Notes: generated from the sequence alone by a model not told the origin. A stretch of 64,000 bases of DNA from Candidatus Bathyarchaeota archaeon (GCA_963720565.1 CAVRFW010000009.1:384001-448000); one strand, 5' to 3'. Shown: positions 52,712 through 63,399, counted from the first letter of the stretch. Numbers and translations: made by a program.

Positions 52712-53065
52712 ATGAAGGTCATAGGCAGCGGAAAGATAACGCTGAATATTACAGCTAAGGGCGAGCTTCGGGTGATAACATCGATTCAGGATGTGATTAG
52801 TCTTTGGAAGGAGGGCGCAAACGGGAAAATAGCCGTAGTAGAGGAGGCGGGAACAACCACTCTGGGACCTATTCTTTCCAAGCTTGCTGGCGTGGTCTGC
52901 AAAACCGGGGGAATAGGATCTCATCTAGCGATTGTATCACGAGAATTTTCAATTCCCGCTCTAATGGGAACAAAAATCAAAACAGATGAACCTCTGAACA
53001 AGCGGCTGGCCATGATCCAACCTAATGGTGGCATGGAAGGACTGCTAATACTCTCCGATTCCTGA
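52712..53065 (+). CDS. Stand-alone phospho-His swivel (PEP-utilising mobile) domain protein
   Basis: GVVCKTGGIGSHLAIVSREFSIPALMG. Confidence 0.85.
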   Translation: MKVIGSGKITLNITAKGELRVITSIQDVISLWKEGANGKIAVVEEAGTTTLGPILSKLAGVVCKTGGIGSHLAIVSREFSIPALMGTKIKTDEPLNKRLAMIQPNGGMEGLLILSDS

Positions 53066-53548
53066 CAATTCGGAGAGTGGCATGCACTATCCAGCCTAGA
53101 TAACTGACTCTGAGAGAGCTATCAACTTCTGACCTTCAGGTTCTGGAAACCTTCCATCTCGGCAAGATGCACAGCGCGGGATTTGTCATTACCAATACTG
53201 AAGCGTCAGCGATAATGTATGTAACCAAGATTTCAATTAGATTTGGTGTTGAAAAACACAATAGCCAGTTTAGCGAAATTCTTAAACTCCCGTTCAAAGC
53301 GCGCGCAGAGTGAGAATCGGTGGATTTCTAAAGCAATATGGTGTCAAACTCGACGTAATCTTAGATGATGGACTAAAACTAGACAAAACCTACCGCAAGT
53401 ACATTTTCTGGAATGGCACAATCTACCATCCCTGACTTATATCCTGGTGAACTTGTGAAACTTCACAAAAAATTGTTCAATATGAATTATAGATAAGCAA
53501 GACATAATTTGCCACAGGGGCATGAAAAGCTTAGTTCCACAATAGGCG

Positions 53549-54373
53549 ATGTACATGCAAAGTAAAGTTGGTTTAGCTTGCGAACCCCTGATTGAAGCAT
53601 CTGGACTTACCAAGCAATTTGGTTCCGTTAAGGCATTGATGAATTTGAATTTACGAGTTATGCCTGGCGAGATTTACGGCCTGTTAGGTCCGAATGGTGC
53701 GGGCAAGACTACGACTATCAAAACTATTCTCGGTTTGTTAGAGCCGACTTCAGGCTGGATAAGAGTTGGGGGATTTAACCCTGCTGAGAATCCCATTGAA
53801 GTCAAGTCGAAAATTGGTTATGTATCTGAAAATCCGATTGTTTATGATTCTCTTTCTCCACGGGATTTCTTGGAGTTTGTCGCGTCTATCAGAAAAACTG
53901 GCCAGACTTGTACTAATCAGCTGGTTACTCAGCTGGCAAATGCTTTTGACATGGCGAACTATTTTGACTCGCCCATAGCCACTTTATCTTTGGGCATGAA
54001 ACAGAAGGTAGCAATAATTGCTGCGTTAATCCACCAACCTTCTGTTCTCCTGCTTGACGAACCCCTGAATGGTCTAGACGCGAAGAGCAGTCGCATAGTT
54101 AAGGAGCTGGTGTCCTTTCACGCCGAGAAAGGCGGTGCAGTCTTGTTCTCGACACACATAATGGAAGTTGCCGAACAAGTTTGCACGAGAATCGGAATAA
54201 TAGATCAGGGCGAAGTGATTGCAGAAGGAACACTCAGCCAACTCAAAGGAAAAACCGAAGGCAAGGGCAGCTCGCTGGAAGAAGTCTTCCTAAAGTTGAC
54301 CCACGAAGAAGACGAAGTCGCTGACACAACAAGAATGCTAAGGGAGATTATCCTCAAGAATGAAGTTAGTTGA
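53549..54373 (+). CDS. ABC exporter ATPase
   Basis: GPNGAGKTT, LSLGMKQK, LDEP. Confidence 0.92.
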   Translation: MYMQSKVGLACEPLIEASGLTKQFGSVKALMNLNLRVMPGEIYGLLGPNGAGKTTTIKTILGLLEPTSGWIRVGGFNPAENPIEVKSKIGYVSENPIVYDSLSPRDFLEFVASIRKTGQTCTNQLVTQLANAFDMANYFDSPIATLSLGMKQKVAIIAALIHQPSVLLLDEPLNGLDAKSSRIVKELVSFHAEKGGAVLFSTHIMEVAEQVCTRIGIIDQGEVIAEGTLSQLKGKTEGKGSSLEEVFLKLTHEEDEVADTTRMLREIILKNEVS

Positions 54374-55991
54374 AGCCTGGAATCTGAGTCGGATACCATA
54401 CAAAGAAGTAGTTTATCGGTCAATAGCTGAAGAGAAAGGGCGCATGTGGTGGGGCGCCTTCGGACAAAAGCACTCCAGCAAAGAAGACCAGAATGACTTG
54501 GAACTAACCAAAAAAGCTCTGATGATTGCCAAGTTCGACAAAATCATTGTCGCCATTTTCAGCATAATAGTCTCAGCAATCCCCTTCTTTGGAGCAGCCG
54601 CTTCTAGCTTGGCCAGTTCGGCGGCGTTAAGCTTAGCTGTTACCTTCGGGTTAACAACGTTATATGCAATCCAGACCCTTTCCTCATTTGTGAATACCGA
54701 ATCTTCTGTGTTACTTTCAACTCTGCCCGTAACCAGAAACGATTTTTCTCTAATTACTCTTTTTTCTTTCTTAAGGTCAGTTGACTACATTGTAGTAGGT
54801 TCAATCCTTAGTCAAGTTGTACTAACGGCTTATTTTTCGACGTCTCTATTGGCAACCTTAGTTATGTTTGTAGCCTCTGTGATTAGCGCTGTTTTCGCAA
54901 CTACTGCAGCTCTTTGGTTCTCAAGAGTTTTCCAGAAGAATCTCTTGCGTGGAGGAAGGTCAAGGGCTAACACGGTCTTGCGCCTTGCCTTCATTCTGAT
55001 GTGGGGTTTGCTCCTAGTAGGTGTCGGTTTTTTGTTCAGCATCCCATTATACATAGTGCCCAATCTGGAGCAGATGATGCTCGGAGGTGGCAATGTGCCA
55101 AGCATACTGCTAAGTCTTCTCTTTCCCTTCTCGCCGGGCATAATCGTTGGAGCAACAGTCTATTCCAACGTCCCATCAACTACAGCTTCGTTGGCGTCCG
55201 TTGCAATGGTAGGATACGGGTTGCTTGCGGTACTCGCTGGCAAATGGAGTTTAGGTACCGTGAAACGCATATCACAAGGAAGCGGAGTAAAGATTGCTCG
55301 TGAAATAGCTAAGGATTTTTCGGTAAAAACTCGCAGTCCGCTGCTAGGTTATGTCTTCAAAGACGTAAAAATTGCTTCCAGAAATCCGGCGACTGCCTTC
55401 TTTTTTGCCCTTCCGGCACTTGAAACAGTATTAATTACTCTGATTATTTCCAGTTTTGAATTGCTCAGGACAACCGTGGTGTTAATAGCCGCTTCAATGG
55501 GCGGGCTCTTTGTCCTGCTTCTGCCTCTCGCCTTGTTAAGTGCGGAAGGACGAGGATTTGAATATACAAAAACCTTGCCGGTAAGTTCCAGGAAAATCAT
55601 AGTTTCGAAGGCACTCGTGTCCACAGCAACCTATGTCCCTGTGCCAATTGCTCTGATTTGTTTATCGTTGATTAAACCGTTTGCTTCGATATCTTCAATT
55701 TTTATTCCTCTTCTCATGATAGGTGCAGTTGCTTCTGCAAGTGTTTTCGAAGTTAAAATTTTCCTAAGGTCAGCTGCTAGAGGCAAGATTGCTGCAGTCG
55801 TTAATGACTTGGAGAAACTTGTCATAGGGGGATTTACTGTGCTAGCTCCCGTGGTCGCATATTCAGTTGCGTTTCTGAAGTCATTTGACCATGTTCTATC
55901 CATATGGGCAATGGGTGGAACGGTTCTTGCAGAACTAGCGGTAGCTTTCTACATTCTCGGGCTCACTGGTCGCGATAGCAAGAATACATGA
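54360..55991 (+). CDS. ABC exporter permease
   Basis: Multi-TM; KDVKIASR, EG.G...LPV. Confidence 0.8.
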   Translation: MKLVEAWNLSRIPYKEVVYRSIAEEKGRMWWGAFGQKHSSKEDQNDLELTKKALMIAKFDKIIVAIFSIIVSAIPFFGAAASSLASSAALSLAVTFGLTTLYAIQTLSSFVNTESSVLLSTLPVTRNDFSLITLFSFLRSVDYIVVGSILSQVVLTAYFSTSLLATLVMFVASVISAVFATTAALWFSRVFQKNLLRGGRSRANTVLRLAFILMWGLLLVGVGFLFSIPLYIVPNLEQMMLGGGNVPSILLSLLFPFSPGIIVGATVYSNVPSTTASLASVAMVGYGLLAVLAGKWSLGTVKRISQGSGVKIAREIAKDFSVKTRSPLLGYVFKDVKIASRNPATAFFFALPALETVLITLIISSFELLRTTVVLIAASMGGLFVLLLPLALLSAEGRGFEYTKTLPVSSRKIIVSKALVSTATYVPVPIALICLSLIKPFASISSIFIPLLMIGAVASASVFEVKIFLRSAARGKIAAVVNDLEKLVIGGFTVLAPVVAYSVAFLKSFDHVLSIWAMGGTVLAELAVAFYILGLTGRDSKNT

Positions 55992-56118
55992 AGCGGTTTT
56001 TAGAATAAATTCCGTATTTCGCTTGCTATGTGATAGTCGGAATAGCTAAGACGTGAAAGGTGTTATGAGCGTGGGCTTATAAACTCGATGTTACATTGAG
56101 TGAAATAGGGAATGCCGT

Positions 56119-56709
56119 TTGAGTTCGATTCACGGATTTGAAGTGCCATCTTGGGATCAGGTTCACAGTATGCTTGTTGATTTGGCGGATGAAATTCGCG
56201 CCAGAAAATTTGAGCCAGATATACTTGTGGGTATTTCTAGAGGAGGGTGGGTTCCCGCGAGAGTTTTATCAGATCTGCTCGATAATCCTTACGTGACTAG
56301 CGTAGGAGCCGAATTCTACGTTGGTGTTTATGAAACAAATCGTGAGCCTAGATTGACTCAACCGATTCCAGTCAGCGTGTTCGACAAGAAAGTTCTGCTT
56401 GTAGATGATGTTGTGGACACGGGCAAGAGTGCAGTTATGATAAAAGACCATTTGCTCAGGGAAGGGGTTAAGGAAATTATGGTTCTAACCCTTTATTTCA
56501 AACCATGGAGCATTGTCAGGCCAGACTTCTATAGTAAGGAGACAAGCGACTGGATTGTCTTCCCATGGGAGGTTAAGGAGACGCTCCAGAAACTTGCCAA
56601 GAAAAGCAAACAGCTCAATGAACCCATTGAAGTTGCCCTTTCCAGACTGGTCAAATCCGGCGTAAACGAAAAACTAATTGACCGCTTGCTTGCAAAGGGT
56701 TCTGACTGA
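56119..56709 (+). CDS. Purine phosphoribosyltransferase (Gpt/Hpt-like)
   Basis: GISRGG, VLLVDDVVDTG, WIVFPWE. Confidence 0.9.
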   Translation: MSSIHGFEVPSWDQVHSMLVDLADEIRARKFEPDILVGISRGGWVPARVLSDLLDNPYVTSVGAEFYVGVYETNREPRLTQPIPVSVFDKKVLLVDDVVDTGKSAVMIKDHLLREGVKEIMVLTLYFKPWSIVRPDFYSKETSDWIVFPWEVKETLQKLAKKSKQLNEPIEVALSRLVKSGVNEKLIDRLLAKGSD

Positions 56710-56789
56710 AAACTCCCAAGGGTAGCCATGCGGGGGTCTGACAGAAGAATTTATTTTTAGGCTGCACACATTCTAAACGGGAGATTCTA

Positions 56790-57554
56790 TTGAAAAAGAC
56801 AATACAGCCCCATATAATGTGCGGAACAGAAGATGTGGCAAAATACGTTTTGATTCCTGGTGACCCTAAGAGAGTTGAGACAATCGTCTCTTTTCTGGAT
56901 GAAAGCCGGAAAGTGGCTGATTACCGTGGTTTTGTAACGTATACAGGCAGCAAAGATGGCGTTGGAATCTCTGTTTGTTCAACTGGAATAGGCTGCCCCT
57001 CTGCAGCAATAGCAGTTGAAGAGTTGGCACGTATTGGTGCCGAGACTTTCATAAGAGTTGGCACAACGGGAGCCCTTCAAAAAAACATACATATGGGAGA
57101 CATCGTCGTCGCTTCCGCAGCAGTGCGAGCAGATGGTACATCGAGAATCTATGTACCGCTCGAGTTTCCAGCCGTTGCCAGCTTCGATGTTTCCGCAGCC
57201 CTGCAAAAGGCAGCAAGACAGCGTGGGCGAGAAGTTCATTTTGGTCTTGTCCTCAGCACAGATGCCTTCTACGGCGACTCTGAAAATCTGAAGCGATGGA
57301 GCGAGTTTGGCGTTTTGGCTGTTGAGATGGAGAGCTCCGTTATATTTACAATTGCATCATTGAAGAAATTGAAAGCTGGTTCGATTTTGGCTGTGGACGG
57401 CAACCCCTTGTTAGGGATAGGGAAAGGTGAGTTTGAGCCTGGAGAGCAGACTGGTGAGCTGGATAGCTGCGTTCAACAATCCATAAAAGAAGAGGCCAAG
57501 ATTGCCATCGACGCTATCGTGCTAATGGAAAAAGATTCCAAAACCACAAAATAG
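56790..57554 (+). CDS. Nucleoside phosphorylase (PNP/UDP family)
   Basis: PGDPKR, GIGCPS, IRVGTTG, VEMES. Confidence 0.92.
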   Translation: MKKTIQPHIMCGTEDVAKYVLIPGDPKRVETIVSFLDESRKVADYRGFVTYTGSKDGVGISVCSTGIGCPSAAIAVEELARIGAETFIRVGTTGALQKNIHMGDIVVASAAVRADGTSRIYVPLEFPAVASFDVSAALQKAARQRGREVHFGLVLSTDAFYGDSENLKRWSEFGVLAVEMESSVIFTIASLKKLKAGSILAVDGNPLLGIGKGEFEPGEQTGELDSCVQQSIKEEAKIAIDAIVLMEKDSKTTK

Positions 57555-57620
57555 GCAGAAGAACCCCTATACCCTCGCAGTCCACGCTTTTGTCTGAGCG
57601 TCTTCGTAGTCAACGTTGAT

Positions 57621-58547
57621 CTATTCTTTTATGTAGGGTTTGTAATCGCTAGGAGGCGTGCGCTTTCTGGCGAACACCGCCACGACAATTATGGTGAGAA
57701 CATACGGGAGTGTAAGGATGATTTGAGATGGAAGCAACGCTACCGATTGAAGTCTCATCTGCAAGGCATCTGCAAAGCCGAAGAGGAGACTTGCTCCCAG
57801 TGCTCCAATTGGTGTCCATCCTCCCAGAATCATGGCAGCAAGTGCAATAAAACCTCGGCCTCCTGTCATTCCATTGACAAAGAGGCTTAGGTGACCCAGT
57901 GAGAGAAAGGCTCCACCAAGTCCAGCTAGCATGCCGCTGAGCACGACACACAGGTATTTTGTTTTGTATACGTCTACTCCGGTTGTGTCAGCTGCTGCTG
58001 GGTGTTCGCCCACGGCTCTTATTCTCAATCCCATTGGCGTCTTAAACAGAAGGATGTAGGAGAGTATGACCACTATAATTGATATGTAAACCAATGGAGT
58101 TTGGTTTCCAATGATTTCACCCAGAAAGGGTATGTCTTTCAACAGAGGAATCGAGATTGCTTCAAGTCCTTGTACGCTTTGAGATGCGCCTCTTGACCCC
58201 CATATTGCCTGACATAAGTATCCGGTGCCGCCAAGGGCTAATAGGTTTATTCCTGTTCCGCTGACGATTTGGTTTCCCGCGAATTTCACTGTTAGTAATG
58301 CATGGAGATATCCAAGGAGGCCACCAGCGAGCACGCTTGCTATTACTCCAAGCCATGGGTTGCCTGTGGCAAACGTTGCGAGGACACCTGAGAAGGCTCC
58401 GGTTAGCATCATTCCTTCTAGAGCTATGTTTACGATTCCTGCTCTTTCTGAGAATATCCCGCCGATTGACGTGAAAACGAGCGGCGTTGCCATTCTCAGG
58501 GCTGCTGCAAAGAGTCCGGCGTTGATTATGTCGACAATTTCAACCAT
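57621..58547 (-). CDS. Nucleoside ABC transporter permease II
   Basis: SERAGIVNIALEG, GLRIRAVGE, GRGFIALAA. Confidence 0.92.
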   Translation of the reverse strand: MVEIVDIINAGLFAAALRMATPLVFTSIGGIFSERAGIVNIALEGMMLTGAFSGVLATFATGNPWLGVIASVLAGGLLGYLHALLTVKFAGNQIVSGTGINLLALGGTGYLCQAIWGSRGASQSVQGLEAISIPLLKDIPFLGEIIGNQTPLVYISIIVVILSYILLFKTPMGLRIRAVGEHPAAADTTGVDVYKTKYLCVVLSGMLAGLGGAFLSLGHLSLFVNGMTGGRGFIALAAMILGGWTPIGALGASLLFGFADALQMRLQSVALLPSQIILTLPYVLTIIVVAVFARKRTPPSDYKPYIKE

Positions 58548-59632
58548 TTAAAACCTCCTTTTTTCTTGACATATTCGAAGATTTTGGGTGCTGCGACGAA
58601 GAGCACTACCAGCGCCTGTAATACGTTTATTATGTCTAGCGGTACACCTGTGGATATGTTCATGCTTATGCCGCCGCTTCTTATGGCTCCGAACAGAATT
58701 GCTGCTATTATGGAGCCTAAGGGGTTTAGTCCGCCAATCAGCGCAACGGCTAGTCCGTCCCACCCGTAACCGGGTGAGAAACCATCGATGAATCGTCGGT
58801 GAACGCCGAGTATTTCTCCTGCTCCCCCGACGCCGGCTATTGCGCCACTGATTACGAGGGCGAGTATCAGTCCTCTTTTTGTGCTTATTCCAGCGTTTTC
58901 GGCAGCTGCTGGGTTTAGGCCTATGGCTCTAATTTCGTAGCCTATTGTTGTTTTTTCGAGCAAGTAGACTGTTGCTATTGCTGCGGCGATGGATAGGATG
59001 AATGCTGCAGAGAGTTGCGTTACGGGGAGGAGTCGTGGGAGTTCTGCTGAAGTTGCGATGGGAATGGTTTGAGAAACCCAGCCTGGTGCTTTGAGAGGAT
59101 AGTTCACGAAGTAACTGGTGACGTACAAGGCTACATAGCTTGACATCATGGTTGTGATGACTTCGTGGGCTCCGAGTTTTGCCTTCAAGATTGCTGGGAT
59201 GAATCCCCATATTGCTCCTCCGAGGATTCCTGCTAGCAGGGCTAAAGGTAAATGTATGAAAACTGGTAGTCCGTTTAGAGAAACTCCGACGACTGCGGCA
59301 AAGAATCCTCCTATTATTAGTTGGCCTTCAGCTCCGAGGTTGAAGAGTCCACATTTGAATGCCAGGAGAAATGCAAGAGCAGTGAACAGTATTGGGGTTG
59401 CTTGTGTCAGAGTTTGTCCGATTCCATAGATGTCGCCGAACGCTCCGACAAGCATTGTGCCATACGCTTCAAGAGGAGAGTAACCTGTAGCAGCCAAAAC
59501 TATTGCCCCTATTAGAAAAGCTCCTATGACTGCTATAATTTGGGGAATGGAGTCTCTTAGTGAGGTTATTAATTTTAGCCGTGCCTTCTCAAGGATTTGT
59601 CTGGCCTTTTGTTTGATATTGTCTTCAGTCAT
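58526..59632 (-). CDS. Nucleoside ABC transporter permease I
   Basis: FNLGAEGQ, HEVITTMM, GYGWDG. Confidence 0.92.
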   Translation of the reverse strand: MTEDNIKQKARQILEKARLKLITSLRDSIPQIIAVIGAFLIGAIVLAATGYSPLEAYGTMLVGAFGDIYGIGQTLTQATPILFTALAFLLAFKCGLFNLGAEGQLIIGGFFAAVVGVSLNGLPVFIHLPLALLAGILGGAIWGFIPAILKAKLGAHEVITTMMSSYVALYVTSYFVNYPLKAPGWVSQTIPIATSAELPRLLPVTQLSAAFILSIAAAIATVYLLEKTTIGYEIRAIGLNPAAAENAGISTKRGLILALVISGAIAGVGGAGEILGVHRRFIDGFSPGYGWDGLAVALIGGLNPLGSIIAAILFGAIRSGGISMNISTGVPLDIINVLQALVVLFVAAPKIFEYVKKKGGFKWLKLST

Positions 59633-61142
59633 TCGCTGCACCTGTCATAAGAAGTCCTATTTCAAGTTCGTTTGTTTTGCTGTGTTCTCTAATAGCAACG
59701 ATTTTTCCTTCGTAGATTACCGCGATTCTGTCGCTCAGTGCTAGGACTTCGTCGAGGTCTGCGGATATCAGTAGAATTGCACAACCTTTGTCTCGCATTT
59801 CTATTAGTTTTCTGCGTACGTATTCTGCTGCTCCGATGTCCAGTCCTCTTGTGGGTTGTGAGGCGATTATGAATTTTGGTTGTCTGCTAAACTCCCTTGC
59901 TACCACCACTCTTTGCTGTGTTCCACCTGACAGATGTCTTACCGGGGTTTCTTTAGTTGGGGTCTGAATTGAATATTCTTGGATTAGTTCCTGCGCGAGT
60001 TCGGATTCTTTCTCAAGGTTTAGTTTGTAGAATTTTTCTGCAAATGGAGGTTGATCTTGTCGACCTAGAATCAAGTTGTCGGAGACGGAGAAATCTAGGA
60101 CCAGTCCTGTTTTCTGTCTGTCTTCAGGGATTATGGAAAAGCCCTTTTTATTCTTTCGTGAACAGATGCATTCGTGATTGGTTTTCCGTTTAGGAGTATT
60201 TTCCCTTCGTCGAGTTTTCTCAATCCCATCAGGACTTCAATTAGCTCAGATTGTCCGTTTCCTTCGATTCCTGCCATTCCAAGGATTTCAGATTCATGAA
60301 CTTCGAAAGTGACTGATTTTAAACCAAGCATCTTGCGTTTGTCGAAGGCTTTGAGTCCTTCAGCTTGCAAAACCACTTTTTCCTGACGAAAAGGGTTTTG
60401 CAGGGGGGACAACGGGAATTTCTCGCCCTACCATCATTTTGGCTAGTTCTTCCATGTCTATGTTTTCCTTGTTTACGGTTCCAGAAATTCTCCCCCTTTT
60501 CAACACTGTAATTCTGTCACTAATTGCGCAAACCTCTTTCAGTTTGTGGGAGATGAATACCACGGATTTTCCCTGTTGCTTGAGTGCCGCAATTGCCTTG
60601 AATAGTCCTACGACTTCTTGCGGCGACAAAACCGATGTAGGTTCATCTAGAATCAGAAACTCTGCTCTTCTGAAGAGTGCTTTCAGAATCTCCACTCTCT
60701 GCTGTACTCCCACAGGAAGAGTGTTGACAACGGCCTTAGGGTCAACTTCCAAACCATATTTCCTGGAAAGCTCGGTTACATCTTCGTTGGCTTTTTCAGA
60801 GTCCAACCAGAACCTATATTTTTCGGGCTCACTGCCTAAAACTATGTTCTCAGCCACCGTTAAGGACGGAACCAGCATGAAGTGCTGATGCACCATTCCT
60901 ATCCCAAGGCTTATGGCCTTTGCAGGGTTTTCAATTTTTGCTTCTTTTCCCTTGACGAAAATCTTTCCTTGGTCTGGTTTGTACAGTCCGTAAAGAATGC
61001 TCATCAGAACAGTCTTTCCGGCACCGTTCTCTCCAAGTAAGCTATGAACCTCGCCTTCTTTAACGTCGAAATCTATTCCATCATTTGCCAAAGTGCCCGA
61101 AAAAGACTTGGTAATACCCACCATTTTGATGGCGGAGCTCAT
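59625..61142 (-). CDS. Two-domain sugar/nucleoside ABC ATPase, split by two frameshifts
   Basis: GENGAGKT, HQHF, LDEPT; LSGG.QQ, QPTRGLD spread over three frames. Confidence 0.88.
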
Positions 61143-61179
61143 AAAAAAAAAGAGGAGAGTAACTTTAGTTAAATCTTTC

Positions 61180-62217
61180 CTATGTGTATCCTGAAGGCAC
61201 GGTGATTGTTCCTGCTACGATTGCAGCATTGGCGTCAGTTAGTTTTGTCACTACGTTTTCTGGCAACGCTGTGTAGGTGAAATCGAAAGTTTCTTCCCAG
61301 AAACTCTCTTCGTCTGGTAGCCTACTGCACCCAGTCCATTTCTCCGCTAGCCCTCCGCTATAGATTTTTCCGCCGACGAATTTGCCTTCAATTGCGTCCT
61401 GTATCATCTCGTACACTGCCACGTCCACTCTCTTGGTCGCGCTTGCTATTATTTCAGGGTATAGATAGTCTTGGCATGAGTCAACGCCGAAACCCATTTT
61501 TCCGTTCTCATGAGCTGCTTCAAGTGCTCCGAGTCCGCTTTTTCCAGCGGCTGCAAAAACGCCGTCCGCTCCCAATCCAAATAAAGATACGGTAAGTTCT
61601 TTTCCTCTTGTTGGGTCACCCCAACCTCCAACGAAAACTGGATCAAGGACCGTTGCACTTGGGTTAGCCCACTCAACGCCCGCTTTGTAGCCTACATAGA
61701 AGTCTCTGATTAAGGGTATGTCCATTCCTCCGACGAACCCTACTTTATTGGTCTGGGTGAACATTCCAGCAACTACGCCGGTGAGGAAAGAGCCTTCATT
61801 TGCTTTGAAAGTCAATGATGCTACATTAGGCAAGTCGACTACCATGTCAACGATGGCGAAGTTTTGGTTTGGATAGGCTTGGGCTGTTATATTAAGTGCG
61901 TCTGCCTGGTCGAAGCCGATACAAACGATTAGCGCGTATTCTCCAGTTTTTGCAAAGTTGGTTTGGAAGCCTTCATATTCTGATATGGCTTCTGGTTCAG
62001 CGTAGTCGAATTCTATTCCTAGTTCTTCTTTGGCGTGCATTGCACCTGCATAGGCGATGTCATTGAAGGATTTGTCGCCTAGACCGCCGGTTCCCAGGAT
62101 TATGCCTATTTTGTTTTGGGTGGGAGTGGCTGGCTTGTAGAAAAATGCGAACCATGCTGCTGCTACGATTATGACTATCAGTATTGCTGCGAGTATTCCT
62201 GCATACATCTTTTTCAT
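61180..62217 (-). CDS. BMP-family nucleoside-binding protein
   Basis: GGLGDKSFN, GFVGG, AAGKSGLG, GVD, KRVD. Confidence 0.92.
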   Translation of the reverse strand: MKKMYAGILAAILIVIIVAAAWFAFFYKPATPTQNKIGIILGTGGLGDKSFNDIAYAGAMHAKEELGIEFDYAEPEAISEYEGFQTNFAKTGEYALIVCIGFDQADALNITAQAYPNQNFAIVDMVVDLPNVASLTFKANEGSFLTGVVAGMFTQTNKVGFVGGMDIPLIRDFYVGYKAGVEWANPSATVLDPVFVGGWGDPTRGKELTVSLFGLGADGVFAAAGKSGLGALEAAHENGKMGFGVDSCQDYLYPEIIASATKRVDVAVYEMIQDAIEGKFVGGKIYSGGLAEKWTGCSRLPDEESFWEETFDFTYTALPENVVTKLTDANAAIVAGTITVPSGYT

Positions 62218-62315
62218 TGAAAACCCCCTCAAGCTCATATTGTTTGAACTGCTTTTAAGATTTTTCAGTTTTCCTTAACTATCTGCGAAAAAATGGATGA
62301 GGCTTTTGTATGCGT

Positions 62316-62579
62316 TCATACATCTCCGGATTCTTGAATTTTCTTGTCTTCGTATGGGGCAGCGACCCTTCTGTAGTATTCAAGTTTTATGCATTCCAAA
62401 ACGCCTATAGCCTTGTTGATGTGGAAGTACCGAAGAGGATAAACCTCCTTCAGCATCTTGGTGACGACATAGTTTAGTTCTCCATCCACCTCGTCTGGAG
62501 GTAGAGTCTTGAGAATTTCTAGCAGTTCTCTCAGAACCTTGTTGTATTTGCTCCTGTTACCGACTTTTATGTAAGGCAA
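62316..62579 (-). CDS. Small conserved protein (DUF6899-like)
   Basis: MPYIK...GELNY...[18 protein letters not shown]. Confidence 0.75.
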   Translation of the reverse strand: MPYIKVGNRSKYNKVLRELLEILKTLPPDEVDGELNYVVTKMLKEVYPLRYFHINKAIGVLECIKLEYYRRVAAPYEDKKIQESGDV

Positions 62580-63060
62580 GAGTCTTTCTCTCCTTCAGCA
62601 CATTCTATGAACAGGTTTAGCTTATATATCGTGACCATTTTCAGACCAGCCTCGACGTCACACCATGCTTGGTAAACTTGGATTGGTAGTTGACAAACAG
62701 GCTGCTTTCACACGTCGGTTATCAACAACTAAACGCAGTCTCCAGAGACTATTTTTGAAGATGAGACGTTATCTGCATTCCATTTGAGAGAACGTAAGTT
62801 CTGGAAATTAAGGTGCGTTAACACGATGAAAACATAGCGGATGTCGGCTGCCAATGTATTCTCCCGGTCAAGCCCTCTCAGCTTCAAGAAATCCTCCCAA
62901 GCTACCTCTGATTGAAAAGCATGTCTGGCGCTTGCATTTATCAGATTTCGCCCCTTGTTTTGTTCGAACAATGGTGGAAACCTTTATGTCTATGACTGGA
63001 TATGTAGCCTACAATAATTGAAGATTTACTTTTTTCAATTATAGCGCACAGCAAATAGAG

Positions 63061-63333
63061 GTGATTGTAACGTTCCAAAAACCTATGTTTGAAGTCAAGT
63101 GTACCAGTTGCGGTAATGCAACAACGGTTCCTTTCAAGCCTACACCGGGAAAACCAGTTTACTGTAGAACATGCTTTTCCAAGCAAATGGCCACCAGGTC
63201 TGATAGCCACGGTGGCAGTAACAATGAAGGCTCAGAGCCAAAGCAATTCTGGGCTCGACGAAGAGACAACGGACACGCAAAGAAAGAAGAAGCGTCTATA
63301 AGCGTCTTTCAACGCCGATACGACAGCGTCTAA
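63061..63333 (+). CDS. CxxC-x17-CxxC domain protein
   Basis: CTSCG..VPFKP..GKPVYCRTCF. Confidence 0.85.
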   Translation: MIVTFQKPMFEVKCTSCGNATTVPFKPTPGKPVYCRTCFSKQMATRSDSHGGSNNEGSEPKQFWARRRDNGHAKKEEASISVFQRRYDSV

Positions 63334-63399
63334 GCTTTAAGGCATTAAGCCGCGGCCTTCCGGGCTTGCGGTTTGAATCAAAACTGTGGGGAATGATTC

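Noticed and set aside
18334..61142. Programmed frameshifting in lhr, ABC ATPase, MFS, aminopeptidase, VIT1, DUF4145 and the 48130 gene
   Set aside because: Many scattered single-base indels without a common slippery motif; sequencing/assembly error is more parsimonious (check reads)
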